From the NCBI GenBank assembly GCA_034530875.2, contig JAVRCJ020000010.1, positions 1 to 64,000 on the forward strand: 64,000 nucleotides of DNA, given 5' to 3'. Position numbers and translations under genes: made by a program. The stretch is from Nostoc sp. DedSLP01 (GTDB lineage Bacteria > Cyanobacteriota > Cyanobacteriia > Cyanobacteriales > Nostocaceae). This document shows, piece by piece, positions 8,725-18,944 of the stretch. The notes beneath the pieces are model-generated. The model was not told where the DNA came from. It saw nothing but the letters and a program-made list of their open reading frames with translations, and searched no databases. Numbering within the stretch: the first letter of the stretch is position 1; the number at the start of each line of letters is the position of its first letter.

Positions 8725-9480
8725 ATGACAACTACACCAACCTTCAATTCTTGGATTAACTGTCCCCAACCAAATCCTCAAGCAAACTTGCGTTTATTCT
8801 GCTTTCCTTACGCTGGTGGTAGCTCTATAATTTTTCGTACATGGGCTAATAGCCTACCTCGCAATGTCGAAGTCTGTGCTGTGGAATATCCTGGACGGGG
8901 AAAACAGATGAAGTTAGCACCTTACACGCGGTTAGAACCTCTTGTAAATGCGATCGCTCAATCTCTACTACCATATTTAGACAAACCATTCGCCTTCTTT
9001 GGGCACAGTATGGGTGCATTAGTTAGCTTCGAGTTAACTCGTCTACTGCGCTTAGAGTATAATATTGAGCCGTTTCACCTTTTCATATCTGCTCGTCGCG
9101 CCCCACAACTCCCGCCCATAAAACCACCTATCCACGTCTTACCAGACGCAGAGTTACTCGAAGAACTACGCACTCTCAACGGTACACCCAAAGCAGTACT
9201 AGAAAATCCAGAACTAATGCAAATCTTCCTCCCAGTTTTACGGGCAGATTTTGCAGTTCTGGAAACTTATATTTACACTCCACAACAGCCCCTAGACTCT
9301 GCCATTACTATATTTGGTGGTTGGCAAGACAAAGAAGTTAGCCATGAGGCTCTGCAAGCATGGCGAGAACAAGCAAGGTCTATCTCTTTACAAATGTTTG
9401 AGGGCGACCACTTTTTTATACACTCTCATCAAGATTCATTACTTAAACTTATATCTCAAGAATTGGGAGTTAGGAGTTAG
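8725..9480 (+). CDS. Type II thioesterase
   Basis: LFCFPYAGG, FFGHSMG, LRADF, GDHFF. Confidence 0.92.
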   Translation: MTTTPTFNSWINCPQPNPQANLRLFCFPYAGGSSIIFRTWANSLPRNVEVCAVEYPGRGKQMKLAPYTRLEPLVNAIAQSLLPYLDKPFAFFGHSMGALVSFELTRLLRLEYNIEPFHLFISARRAPQLPPIKPPIHVLPDAELLEELRTLNGTPKAVLENPELMQIFLPVLRADFAVLETYIYTPQQPLDSAITIFGGWQDKEVSHEALQAWREQARSISLQMFEGDHFFIHSHQDSLLKLISQELGVRS

Positions 9481-9528
9481 AAGTTGGGAATTCTCCCCTG
9501 CTTCCCCTGCTCCCCCTGCTCCCTTTTC

Positions 9529-9933
9529 CTATCTTCTTTGCGTGGCGATCGCTAATTTTGCCCCCGGCACTTCACGCACCCGATCCATCACAGCCACTAC
9601 CTTGCCGTGACCAACTTTTTCATCAGCATTAATAATCACTAACATTTCTGAGTTAGAACCAATTAAACTCCGCACTTGCTGCGTTAAATCATCAACTGCA
9701 ACTTGTTTGCGGTTTAAGCTTACTACTCCTTGTTCATCTACCGTAATGGTAATTTTGGAGGGAACTTGCTGTTGTTTTGCCGTCGCTGCCTTTGGTAAAT
9801 TTACTGGCAAACCTTCCGATCGCGTTAAAAACAAAGTTGACATGATAAAAAATGTCAAAATTGCAAAAATCACGTCAATCATCGGCACAATATTAATCTG
9901 TGCTGGAATATCTGGTTCATCTTGTAGCCGCAT
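9529..9933 (-). CDS. exbD: Biopolymer transport protein ExbD
   Basis: INIVPMIDVIFAILTFF, VNLPKA, INADEKV. Confidence 0.93.
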   Translation of the reverse strand: MRLQDEPDIPAQINIVPMIDVIFAILTFFIMSTLFLTRSEGLPVNLPKAATAKQQQVPSKITITVDEQGVVSLNRKQVAVDDLTQQVRSLIGSNSEMLVIINADEKVGHGKVVAVMDRVREVPGAKLAIATQRR

Positions 9934-10573
9934 AGGTCTTCTCTCCTCCTCTTTCATAACGACGACGGTAGAGCAATTCTAACTGTCCGCCATATTCCTG
10001 AATTAAGGCGATTTGCCGCTGGTACAATCCCCGGAAGGTGTTGGCAAACAACAGTATGAAGATAGCAACAATCAAGCCTGACGCTGTAGACACCAACGCT
10101 TCACTAATCCCAGCGGTAACACTTGCCGTTTTGCTACCTCCGACATCGCCCAGATTTAGAGAGGCAAAGGAAGCGATCAATCCTAATACTGTACCCAGAA
10201 GCCCCAACAGTGGAGCCAGACTAATAATTGTCTCAAAAATATTTTGGAAGCGTTTGAGTACGGGGATTTCTGCCTGCGCTTCGCTTTCCAACGCCAAACG
10301 AAATTCTTCTGGATTCGGCTCTTCTAATTCTAAAGCTGCAAGAAAAATCCGAGCAAGTGGCAAATCTGCATTCTGCTGGAGTTTATCCATTGCACCGACA
10401 ACATTATCGAGGCGATAGAGATGCAAAACATCCCGCACCACGCGGCTTTGACGCTTGTTAATCTTTACCCAAAACCTGATACGCTCAATAATCAGCGCCA
10501 CTCCCAATACTGAAAACGCCAGCAGCGGCCACATGACCACGCCGCCTGCTGCAAAAAGATTCTGAATTCCCAT
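9917..10573 (-). CDS. exbB: MotA/TolQ/ExbB proton channel protein
   Basis: APLLGLLGTVLGLI, GISEALVSTASGL. Confidence 0.93.
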   Translation of the reverse strand: MGIQNLFAAGGVVMWPLLAFSVLGVALIIERIRFWVKINKRQSRVVRDVLHLYRLDNVVGAMDKLQQNADLPLARIFLAALELEEPNPEEFRLALESEAQAEIPVLKRFQNIFETIISLAPLLGLLGTVLGLIASFASLNLGDVGGSKTASVTAGISEALVSTASGLIVAIFILLFANTFRGLYQRQIALIQEYGGQLELLYRRRYERGGEKTYAATR

Positions 10574-10618
10574 GTTCTCAAAACGTCATCAACAATACAC
10601 AGTAAGACTAGCAGAATC

Positions 10619-10690
10619 TTGAGAAAAGCTGAAACTTTTTCTCAATAATTTTTAAAATATAATGATAATTTTTTTTAATGCAATCTCATA
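10619..10690. promoter_or_regulatory. Fur-box-like AT-rich inverted repeats between exbB and tonB
   Basis: TTGAGAAAAG-CTGAAA-CTTTTTCTCAA and AATGATAAT half-site; iron-uptake context. Confidence 0.45.
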
Positions 10691-11081
10691 ATTTTTATAT
10701 AGTTACCTGAACAGAACTAATTATACACGACTAAAGAAGAAGGGTAAGGCAAAGTTATGACGCTTTATGCATTTTATTCAAATCTACATTTCAGTACGTA
10801 CAATAAATTTTGCTCAGTAGGCAATCTTTTAACTTATCCAAAGTCATATTTTTTTCGCAAACATACCTAAATTAGGCAGATAAGTTGTTCGCTTTATATA
10901 AATTAATTTAATGAAAATAAAAATTCTTTTTATTTAGAAACTGTGATATTGAGAGTTTTTCCAGAGTTTCGACCAATGTGGCAGTTACATCAAAGTAGGG
11001 CAAATAAATTTAATTTTTTACTTGAAATTTGTAACCTTGCATTCTAAGATGACTAAATTAGTGAGAATAGGTAGCAATAGC

Positions 11082-12506
11082 ATGAGCTTTTCCGGCATTA
11101 ATGTCGAGCAACGTTCTAAAGAAGTTGAGGCTCTCAAGTCTTTTCTGGCTTACAGTATATTAGGCTCACTGGTACTCCATATCGGCGTATTGTCCTCAGG
11201 TATAAGTAATTATTTAACAAGAATGCCTGAAGAGAACGATCTGCAAATAGAGGTGGCGATCGTTGATTCTCCGACTAGGGAACCAGAAAAACCACTTGAA
11301 GAAATTCCACAAGAACCCAAAAAAGAACCAGAGATTGTACAAAAACAACCTATAGAAACTCCACCAGCCGAAAAAGTTCAGCAGCAATTTGAACAGATTA
11401 CAGCAGTCGCGCAGAAACCACAACCGATAAATACGCGACCAATTACACCACAAGTTCCTGTAAAACCTGCACCCATTGCACGAACGGCTGCACCAACAGC
11501 TGCATCTGAAGATTCTAAAACAAGCTCAGCTGGTGGTGGCGGCGGTGGCGGCTCTGGTGTTGGTTTAGGTTCAGGTAGCGGTATCGCTGTCGGTACAAGC
11601 AGTGGAACCGGTCCTGGCGGAGGAACTGGCACTGGTACTGGCGGCGGCATTGGCAGTGGAACTGGAACTGGTACTGGTAGTGGAATTGGTAGCGGTACTG
11701 GTAGCGGAATTGGTAGCGGTACTGGCAGTGGAATTGGTAGTGGCACTGGCAATGGAATTGGCAATGAACCAGTAAACCGTCCGGTAGCAACAGCGCCAAC
11801 AGCGCCAACACCTCCAAAAATTAACACTTCAGGTAATAGTAACGGTCGTGCGGCTTGCCGCAAATGTGATTTTAAGTATCCAGAGTCATTTAAACGGCGA
11901 GGAATTGAAGGCCGTACAGGTTTGGCTTTTGATACTGACGAACAAGGTAACGTTATTAATGTGCGGGTAGCCAGTTCCAGCGGCAACCGCGAATTGGATG
12001 AAGAACACTTGAGACAAGCGCGTGAGTGGAAATTCAACCCAGCACAAGGTGGCAGACGAGGGGTAAGAGTCAACTCTGCGGCTTTTAAAGAAAATTCCCG
12101 GCAATACCGCCAATACCAACAACAAAGAAAAAAAGAAACAGAACAAAGAACCCAGCAAGCTACAGCCTCCAACTCCAATACCACAGAGGGAACTTCAAGA
12201 CGTAGGCGGCGAGAATTTACATCGTCACCTAATCAAGCTACAACCACAAGAACAGCAGAATCTCGATTGAATCGGCCGCTGCGTCGTCAGAGAGTGGAAA
12301 CTACTGCCACAAGCTCTCAAGGAACCGCCAGAGAGTCTCTACGCCGCGTTCGTAGCGAACGAGCAACTACTAATTCATCACAACAACCACAAGCAACTAT
12401 AAATCGACGGCGGCGAAGAACAAACGCTAACCAAAACAAGTTGCGGGAGTCTTTGCGTCGTTTACGCCAACCTCAAGCGCAACCCGCTACACCAAGTCAG
12501 CAGTAG
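11082..12506 (+). CDS. tonB: TonB family protein with Gly-rich linker and Arg-rich tail
   Basis: SLVLH TM anchor, Pro/Glu-rich region, YPESFKRRGIEG...SSGNRELD...WKFNPA TonB_C. Confidence 0.88.
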   Translation: MSFSGINVEQRSKEVEALKSFLAYSILGSLVLHIGVLSSGISNYLTRMPEENDLQIEVAIVDSPTREPEKPLEEIPQEPKKEPEIVQKQPIETPPAEKVQQQFEQITAVAQKPQPINTRPITPQVPVKPAPIARTAAPTAASEDSKTSSAGGGGGGGSGVGLGSGSGIAVGTSSGTGPGGGTGTGTGGGIGSGTGTGTGSGIGSGTGSGIGSGTGSGIGSGTGNGIGNEPVNRPVATAPTAPTPPKINTSGNSNGRAACRKCDFKYPESFKRRGIEGRTGLAFDTDEQGNVINVRVASSSGNRELDEEHLRQAREWKFNPAQGGRRGVRVNSAAFKENSRQYRQYQQQRKKETEQRTQQATASNSNTTEGTSRRRRREFTSSPNQATTTRTAESRLNRPLRRQRVETTATSSQGTARESLRRVRSERATTNSSQQPQATINRRRRRTNANQNKLRESLRRLRQPQAQPATPSQQ

Positions 12507-12538
12507 AGTTCGCCAAAAAAAACTCAAAACAAGTTGAC

Positions 12539-12585
12539 GCAACTGCGGAATCGCTTTGCTGCTCCACTAAATCTTCCGCAGTTGC
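12539..12585. terminator. Hairpin downstream of tonB
   Basis: GCAACTGCGGAA / TTCCGCAGTTGC 12-bp perfect stem with 23-nt loop; no clear U-tract. Confidence 0.45.
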
Positions 12586-12789
12586 TAAATTTCTTGTCAA
12601 GGCAAAAAAGGCATCAAACATTTATCTCGTAAATAGCGATCGCCTTTAGCATTTAGTAAGTCCTGCTTCAGAAGGACTCTAAAGGTAATGCGTTTTTAAC
12701 CATAAATTAACTAAACTTTATCAAAAATATTTCTTTTTTCTGTATATGTTTTTAAGTAGATTTCCATAAATTGTCTACTACAATTGACC

Positions 12790-13326
12790 ATGAAAATTTG
12801 TAACCCTTTACTTGGATTGACAATTGGCGTACTTTCCACAGCAAGCATTTCCGATATCTGTAACCTTCAAAAAGCAACTGCTCAATCTGTAATTATTAAC
12901 AATTATCAAGAGCCAGCTTGCGGCAAATCTTTTACTGGTACATATCTGACAACAATAAAAGATACCAAAGGAAAATTTTCTTCACGTGGGCTAATTACTT
13001 TGACTAAAGAAGGCAACTTTATTGTCAGTGACTCAAACCAAGGTGGTATTTCCGGTAAGTTCAATCCTTTTACCACTGCTCAAGGCACTTGGGTGTGTAC
13101 TGGAAAGAATTCGATCGCCGCTAGAGCAATCGACTTTTCTTTTTCAAACCGAGGCGGTACTGGTATTGCTCGAATTGATTATACTGCTACCTTCGATCCG
13201 AAAACTCAAACAGTACAAGGGAAAATCTCACTTCGTCTGTTCGAGCTACAAGCTAATCCACTAAGCGGTAACGGACAAGACGGAGGGACAAGCTTCTTTA
13301 CAGGAAAGTTTGTCACCGCTAAATAA
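12790..13326 (+). CDS. Hypothetical secreted protein
   Basis: Signal-peptide-like N-terminus (ATA-Q), beta-strand-rich body. Confidence 0.7.
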   Translation: MKICNPLLGLTIGVLSTASISDICNLQKATAQSVIINNYQEPACGKSFTGTYLTTIKDTKGKFSSRGLITLTKEGNFIVSDSNQGGISGKFNPFTTAQGTWVCTGKNSIAARAIDFSFSNRGGTGIARIDYTATFDPKTQTVQGKISLRLFELQANPLSGNGQDGGTSFFTGKFVTAK

Positions 13327-13446
13327 TATAAGACTATAGCAATCCTATTTGATTTGTGAAAAATACTTTGATAGCTGTTAACCGTTGACAGCGAACAAAC
13401 CTTTATCCAAGTTACACAAATCATTTAGGATGGCTATAGCCTTCAT

Positions 13447-15195
13447 TCAAGTTTGCTCCTGGCGACGATGGTTAGCCGCTTGCAATAACAAAGATTCGGC
13501 AAAAGCGATCGCATCACTCGCTGATTTTCCTCCAGCTAACTGTGCTAGTTCTTCCCGGCGAGTAGTTAAATTATCCAAAGCAGTAACTCGCACAACAGTA
13601 CGTTGTTCTACGCTACCATTGTTAGCTTTTTTACCTTTTCCTTGATTAACAGTTTGCTTATCCACCCGGAAATGACGATCTGCCATTGCTGCAACTAAGG
13701 GCTGGTGAGTAACACATAATACTTGGTTGCGTTGGCTTAACTGGTGTAATTTTTCTGCGATCGCTTGGGCGACTCTTCCGGAAACCCCAACATCAATTTC
13801 ATCAAATACCATTGTCCCGGCTGCATCAACCTGGGAAAAACAAGCTTTCAATGCCAATAAAAACCGGCTCATTTCCCCACCAGAGGCAATTTCTGTTAAA
13901 GGTTGCAATGGTTCTCCGGGGTTGGGACTAAACATAAAGGTAATTTTATCTGCTCCCGTAGCAGTTGGCGAAGTCGGCAAAATTTCCACTTGAAACTTCA
14001 CCTTTTCCATTGCTAAAGGCTTGAGTTCGGATATCAAACGCGATTCTAAATTAGCAGCCGCCTTACTCCGCAATTGAGTTAAGCGATCGCTTGTTTCGGT
14101 GAGTTTCTCCAAACACGCCTTTTCTTGCTGTTCTAGATTTTCGATGGATTGTTCGCTGTCGTTGAGTTGGGCTAATTCTGCTTGGATGCGTTGGTAATAG
14201 GCGATCGCTTCTGTTAATGTCGGCCCGTACTTGCGGCAAATTTGCTTTAATTCCCGAACCCGTTCTTCCACTTCTTCCAATCGCTGCGGATCGGCTTCTA
14301 AACTATCCCCATAAGCATTAATCTGCCTTCCCACTTCCATCACCGCAGCTTGAGCATCCCTGACTAACTCCAACAGATGTTGTAGTTGGGTATCGTATTC
14401 CACCATGTCATTTAATATCGCTTCACTGTCTCCCAATAAATCTGCGGCGGCGGGAGTTTCATTATCGTTTTGATATAAAGCCTGATAAATTTTGTAGCTC
14501 ATTTGTTGCAAATCAACTACATGATTCAGGCGTTCCCGTTCTTGTGCTAGCTGTTCCAATTCGTTGGGTTCGTCCAGATTTGCTGCTCCCAATTCTTGCA
14601 CTTGATAGGCGAGCAAATCGAGTTGTTGCAAACGTTCCCGTTCTGATGTCCGGCGTTTTTCCAGTGCTAGATGCGCCTGTTGGTACGCATTAAAGCTAGT
14701 GGCGACCTTTTGGCGTTGCTGCATTAACGAGTCACCGCCATACAAATCCAACCAATCGCGGACTTGGGCAGATTGTCCCACTTGCACAGTTTGGCCTTGA
14801 GCTGTGATTTCCACCAAGCGATCGCGCAATCCTGCCATTACCTGCCGATTGACTAACACACCATTCACCCGCGATCGGCTGCGGACATTACTCGCTGTAG
14901 CGCTGATTTCTCGGCTAATGACTAGGGAATTTTCATCTAGCAAATCGATTTCTTGTTCCGTTAACCAAGCAGCTAAAGGGGGATTTGAAGTGAAAGTCGC
15001 TTCTACCATTGCCCGACTTGTCCCTGTACGAATCACTCTACTAGAGACCTTCCCGCCCAAAGCAGCATCAATAGCATCCAAAATAATCGATTTTCCCGCG
15101 CCGGTTTCACCCGTCAGTACATTGAGTCCCGCGCCAAATTCTAATTCTAGTTCGTCAATCAGGGCAAAGTTTTCAATTCGTAAGCAAAGCAGCAT
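13447..15195 (-). CDS. recN: DNA repair protein RecN
   Basis: LTGETGAGKS, ASGGEMSR, FDEIDVGVSG, CVTHQP. Confidence 0.97.
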   Translation of the reverse strand: MLLCLRIENFALIDELELEFGAGLNVLTGETGAGKSIILDAIDAALGGKVSSRVIRTGTSRAMVEATFTSNPPLAAWLTEQEIDLLDENSLVISREISATASNVRSRSRVNGVLVNRQVMAGLRDRLVEITAQGQTVQVGQSAQVRDWLDLYGGDSLMQQRQKVATSFNAYQQAHLALEKRRTSERERLQQLDLLAYQVQELGAANLDEPNELEQLAQERERLNHVVDLQQMSYKIYQALYQNDNETPAAADLLGDSEAILNDMVEYDTQLQHLLELVRDAQAAVMEVGRQINAYGDSLEADPQRLEEVEERVRELKQICRKYGPTLTEAIAYYQRIQAELAQLNDSEQSIENLEQQEKACLEKLTETSDRLTQLRSKAAANLESRLISELKPLAMEKVKFQVEILPTSPTATGADKITFMFSPNPGEPLQPLTEIASGGEMSRFLLALKACFSQVDAAGTMVFDEIDVGVSGRVAQAIAEKLHQLSQRNQVLCVTHQPLVAAMADRHFRVDKQTVNQGKGKKANNGSVEQRTVVRVTALDNLTTRREELAQLAGGKSASDAIAFAESLLLQAANHRRQEQT

Positions 15196-15558
15196 CGAGC
15201 CAAATTCTCCTTCCGTAGTGCCGTTAGCGGTACCGGGGCGTTGAGCCGCGTGTTGAGTGCTGAGTTGTGAGTTGGAAGAAAATTTTGGAGTTAGTCAGGC
15301 CGCAAGCGATGTCTTTAGATTAAGACGACTTGGCACTTTCAACTCAGCACTGGGAAAAGCAGCAATACCTACTACTATTAAATTAATATGCCGATATTAG
15401 TGTAGCAAAGCAATGGGTAGTGGGGACTGGGAAACAGTTATTTTAATCCTAATCACCAATCCCCAGTCACTAATCCCCAATGCCCAATGCCCGATGCCCA
15501 ATCCCATAACATATTGTTACAATACTTAATACAATCGTTCTCAGCGGTGGCCTTTTCC

Positions 15559-17568
15559 ATGATTGTTAAGACACTTCCCCCTAATTCCGAACCAGTTCAG
15601 GAGGACAGTCGCAACGGCAACAGTAGCCAAGGCGAACTGCATATTATTGATGTGGTACCAGAAGATGGTACGCAAGACTTGGCAGTGTCGAGGCGTAGCC
15701 TGTCACACACATCGCCAAGACTTTTAGCAGCGCGAAGGGATACTAAAACAGCCAAACCTGAGACGCGTTACGATCCTGTGGAGATAGCGGCACATTATGG
15801 AAACCGACCTTTGGAAGTTTTAGGGCGGATTTTCGCAGTGTTGAGGCCAACCCTCTCGTTTGTATTTGGGTTGTGGTCTGATAGTAAACGGGGAATTGTC
15901 GTCAAAAATGACCGCCGTCGAGCTGTTCAGCTAAGAGAATTACTGACGCGACTAGGGCCTGCTTACATCAAAATTGGACAAGCTTTATCTACTAGACCAG
16001 ATTTGGTGCCTCCGGTATATCTGGAAGAATTAACTAAGCTACAAGACCAATTGCCACCTTTTGCCAACGAAATTGCTTACCAATTTATTCAAGAAGAACT
16101 AGGCGCACCTCCTCAAGAAATTTACGCCGAACTCTCGCCTCAGCCAATTGCTGCTGCTTCCTTGGGACAAGTTTACAAAGGGAAGTTGAAAACTGGTGAA
16201 GAAGTCGCGGTTAAAGTCCAGCGCCCTGACTTGAGAGAGCGAATTACTATTGATTTGTATATCTTGCGTAACATCGCCGGTTGGGTACAAAAAAACGTCA
16301 AACGGGTACGCAGTGATTTAGTTGGTATTCTCGATGAATTAGGCGATCGCATTTTTGAAGAAATGGATTACATCCATGAAGGTGAAAATGCCGAGCTATT
16401 TTTCGAGTTATACGGTCACATAAAAGACATTTACGTACCGAAAATTTACTGGGAATATACCAATCGTCGCGTGTTGACGATGGAGTGGATTAACGGCACG
16501 AAATTAACTCAAACTGAAGAAATTCGCGCCCAAGGTATAGATGCTCGTTATTTAATTGAAGTGGGCGTACAATGTTCTCTACGGCAGCTATTAGAACATG
16601 GATTTTTCCACGCCGATCCCCACCCTGGTAATTTATTAGCCACAACCGATGGCAAATTAGCTTATCTGGATTTTGGGATGATGAGCGAAATTAAACCACC
16701 ACAGCGTTATGGTTTAATTGAAGCGATCGTTCACGTGGTTAACCGCGACTTTGAAGGCTTAGCAAAAGACTACGTTAAATTAGATTTTTTAACACCAGAA
16801 ACAGATTTAACACCAATTATTCCCGCTTTTGCCAGAGTCTTTGCTGATGCTCAAGGAGCTAGTGTTGCCGAACTTAATATTAAAAGCATTACCGATGAGT
16901 TATCGGCTTTGATGTACGAATATCCTTTCCGCGTCCCACCATACTACGCTTTAATTATTCGTTCCTTGGTGACGTTGGAAGGTATTGCAATATATATAGA
17001 TCCGAATTTTAAAGTTCTCAGCGAAGCTTATCCTTACGTTTCCAAACGCTTGTTAACAGACCCAGCACCACAATTAAGAGCATCATTGCAAGATTTGCTA
17101 TTTAAAGATGGTAGATTCCGCTGGAACCGCTTAGAAAACTTGTTAAAAAATGCGCGTAACAGTCAAGATTACGACTTTAATTTAGTGCTGAATCAAGGGA
17201 TAGAATTTCTATCATCCGAACGCGGCGCTTTTATTCGCGACAAGCTAGTGGATGAATCTGTTAATGGGCTTGATGCTTTAGGTAAAAATATTTTGCATAA
17301 CTTTACCTATTTATTAAGAGAACGGGTAGGATTGGCAGCAGTTAATGAAACTCCAGCCGCGACAGTCGAACAACAGCAAACCTTGGAGCATATCAAACGC
17401 ATTTTAAATATTCTCCGAGAAACACGGGGCTTTGACCCGGTACAACTTGCACCTCAAATTGCTCAATTATTGGTAAATCCGGGGGTACAGCGTTTAGGTC
17501 AACAAGTAGCCACTCGCTTTACGCAAAAGGCTTTAGCCAGAGTGATTCGGGAGTTGCTGGCGTCGTAA
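15559..17568 (+). CDS. ABC1/AarF/UbiB family kinase
   Basis: LGPAYIKIGQALSTRPD, AAASLGQVY, VAVKVQRP, FHADPHPGN, LDFGMM; start uncertain (upstream ORF part is STRR). Confidence 0.92.
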   Translation: MIVKTLPPNSEPVQEDSRNGNSSQGELHIIDVVPEDGTQDLAVSRRSLSHTSPRLLAARRDTKTAKPETRYDPVEIAAHYGNRPLEVLGRIFAVLRPTLSFVFGLWSDSKRGIVVKNDRRRAVQLRELLTRLGPAYIKIGQALSTRPDLVPPVYLEELTKLQDQLPPFANEIAYQFIQEELGAPPQEIYAELSPQPIAAASLGQVYKGKLKTGEEVAVKVQRPDLRERITIDLYILRNIAGWVQKNVKRVRSDLVGILDELGDRIFEEMDYIHEGENAELFFELYGHIKDIYVPKIYWEYTNRRVLTMEWINGTKLTQTEEIRAQGIDARYLIEVGVQCSLRQLLEHGFFHADPHPGNLLATTDGKLAYLDFGMMSEIKPPQRYGLIEAIVHVVNRDFEGLAKDYVKLDFLTPETDLTPIIPAFARVFADAQGASVAELNIKSITDELSALMYEYPFRVPPYYALIIRSLVTLEGIAIYIDPNFKVLSEAYPYVSKRLLTDPAPQLRASLQDLLFKDGRFRWNRLENLLKNARNSQDYDFNLVLNQGIEFLSSERGAFIRDKLVDESVNGLDALGKNILHNFTYLLRERVGLAAVNETPAATVEQQQTLEHIKRILNILRETRGFDPVQLAPQIAQLLVNPGVQRLGQQVATRFTQKALARVIRELLAS

Positions 17569-17613
17569 ATTTTGTCAAGGAAGCGATCGCCAAAACGTAC
17601 AGTCCACCAAAAT

Positions 17614-17640
17614 TAGGGGCGCACTGCTGTGCGCCCCTAC
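17614..17640. repeat. REP-like hairpin
   Basis: TAGGGGCGCAC-TGCT-GTGCGCCCCTAC. Confidence 0.7.
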
Positions 17641-17935
17641 TGGTTTTTGGAAGTATCATAATTTATCGAGTGTAATTGGTAATTTCGTAGACTTAGTGGA
17701 ATTCTTTACCAAAACTAGGGTGTACGGTGGAAAAAATTTTTATATTATACACCTTGGTCTGAGATTAATAACGGTAGAAGTCCTAGAGCCTTGGGTTTGA
17801 CAGGAGGCGATCGCCACGCTAAAAACTTGAAATAACCGAGCCTTTATATAGAATTTGCGTGAATTTAATCAGCATGATATTAAATGTTTAGTTACGCACT
17901 ACAATAAACTCGGAATCAAGTAGTAAGGTGATATC

Positions 17936-18625
17936 GTGAGTAAAAAAATACTTGTTGTTCTAACCAGCGTTGAAAAATATCCAAATTTAAATCGTGCTAC
18001 CGGATTGTGGTTTACAGAGGCTGTCCATTTTGTCAAGAAAGTTAAAGAGGCTGGCTATGAAGTTGATTTTGTCAGTCCACAAGGTGGTTATACACCAATT
18101 GACCCCCACAGCCTGTCACTCAAAGATCCAACTGATTGGGAATGGTATCAGAACAAAGAATTTATGAATGGTCTTGGGGCGGCGCTAAAACCAAGCCAAG
18201 TCAAACCAGATGATTACGTTGCGATTTACTATGCTGGCGGTCACGGGGTAGTCTGGGATTTTCCTGACAACGAAGAATTACAGGCTATCAGCCGCAAAAT
18301 TTATGAAAAAGGTGGGTTTGTCTCTTCCGTTTGTCATGGAACTGCGGGCTTGCTGAATATTAAATTGTCAGATGGAACGCTGCTGGTTAAGGACAAAGAA
18401 ATTACTGGTTTTTCCAACCAAGAAGAAGAACTTGCCGAACTAGATAAAGAGCTTCCTTTCTTGACGGAAACCGAATTAGTAAATCGAGGAGCTGTTTACA
18501 AAAAAGCAGATAAACCTTGGGCTTCTTTTGCTGTTGCAGATACGAGAGTCATCACTGGACAAAATCCAGCATCTAGCGGCGCTGTTGCTGACTTACTGAT
18601 TGCAGCTCTAAAAGAGAAGGCGTAA
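17936..18625 (+). CDS. DJ-1/PfpI (Hsp31-like glyoxalase III) protein
   Basis: TGLWFTE, AGGHG, SVCHG, ITGQNPAS. Confidence 0.92.
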   Translation: MSKKILVVLTSVEKYPNLNRATGLWFTEAVHFVKKVKEAGYEVDFVSPQGGYTPIDPHSLSLKDPTDWEWYQNKEFMNGLGAALKPSQVKPDDYVAIYYAGGHGVVWDFPDNEELQAISRKIYEKGGFVSSVCHGTAGLLNIKLSDGTLLVKDKEITGFSNQEEELAELDKELPFLTETELVNRGAVYKKADKPWASFAVADTRVITGQNPASSGAVADLLIAALKEKA

Positions 18626-18628
18626 AAC

Positions 18629-18760
18629 CAATTCGCAATGGGCTACGCCCCGCTACGCTAACGCAATTCGCAATTCGCAATTTGCAATTCACAATTTGCA
18701 ATTAAGAAATTCAGATGATACCTGGATTTGAAAATTACGAATTACTAATTACGAATTGTT
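18629..18760. repeat. STRR heptamer arrays (CAATTCG)n / (ATTACGA)n with embedded small dispersed repeat
   Basis: Direct reading; GGGCTACGCCCCGCTACGCTA insert at 18640-18660. Confidence 0.85.
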
Positions 18761-18798
18761 TTGGCTGTCTTGAAAATGGCGGTAAGAAAATTGCCATA

Positions 18799-18830
18799 AA
18801 AAAAGCCTCTGGTAGAAATACCAGAGGTTA
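18799..18830 (-). terminator. Intrinsic terminator of clpC
   Basis: CCTCTGGTA-GAAA-TACCAGAGG stem with A-run on + strand (U-tract on -). Confidence 0.7.
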
Positions 18831-18944
18831 ACGATATAATACCATTTCACTTAATGTTTGTCTGAGATGCCCCTGCTTCTCTGCCTAAATAAGAGGCTAG
18901 AGTGTTCCTAAAATATTACAGCAAAAAGCGATTAGGTATAAATG

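Noticed and set aside
11378..12184. 268-aa Pro-rich ORF on - strand
   Set aside because: Antisense shadow of the tonB Gly-rich repeats
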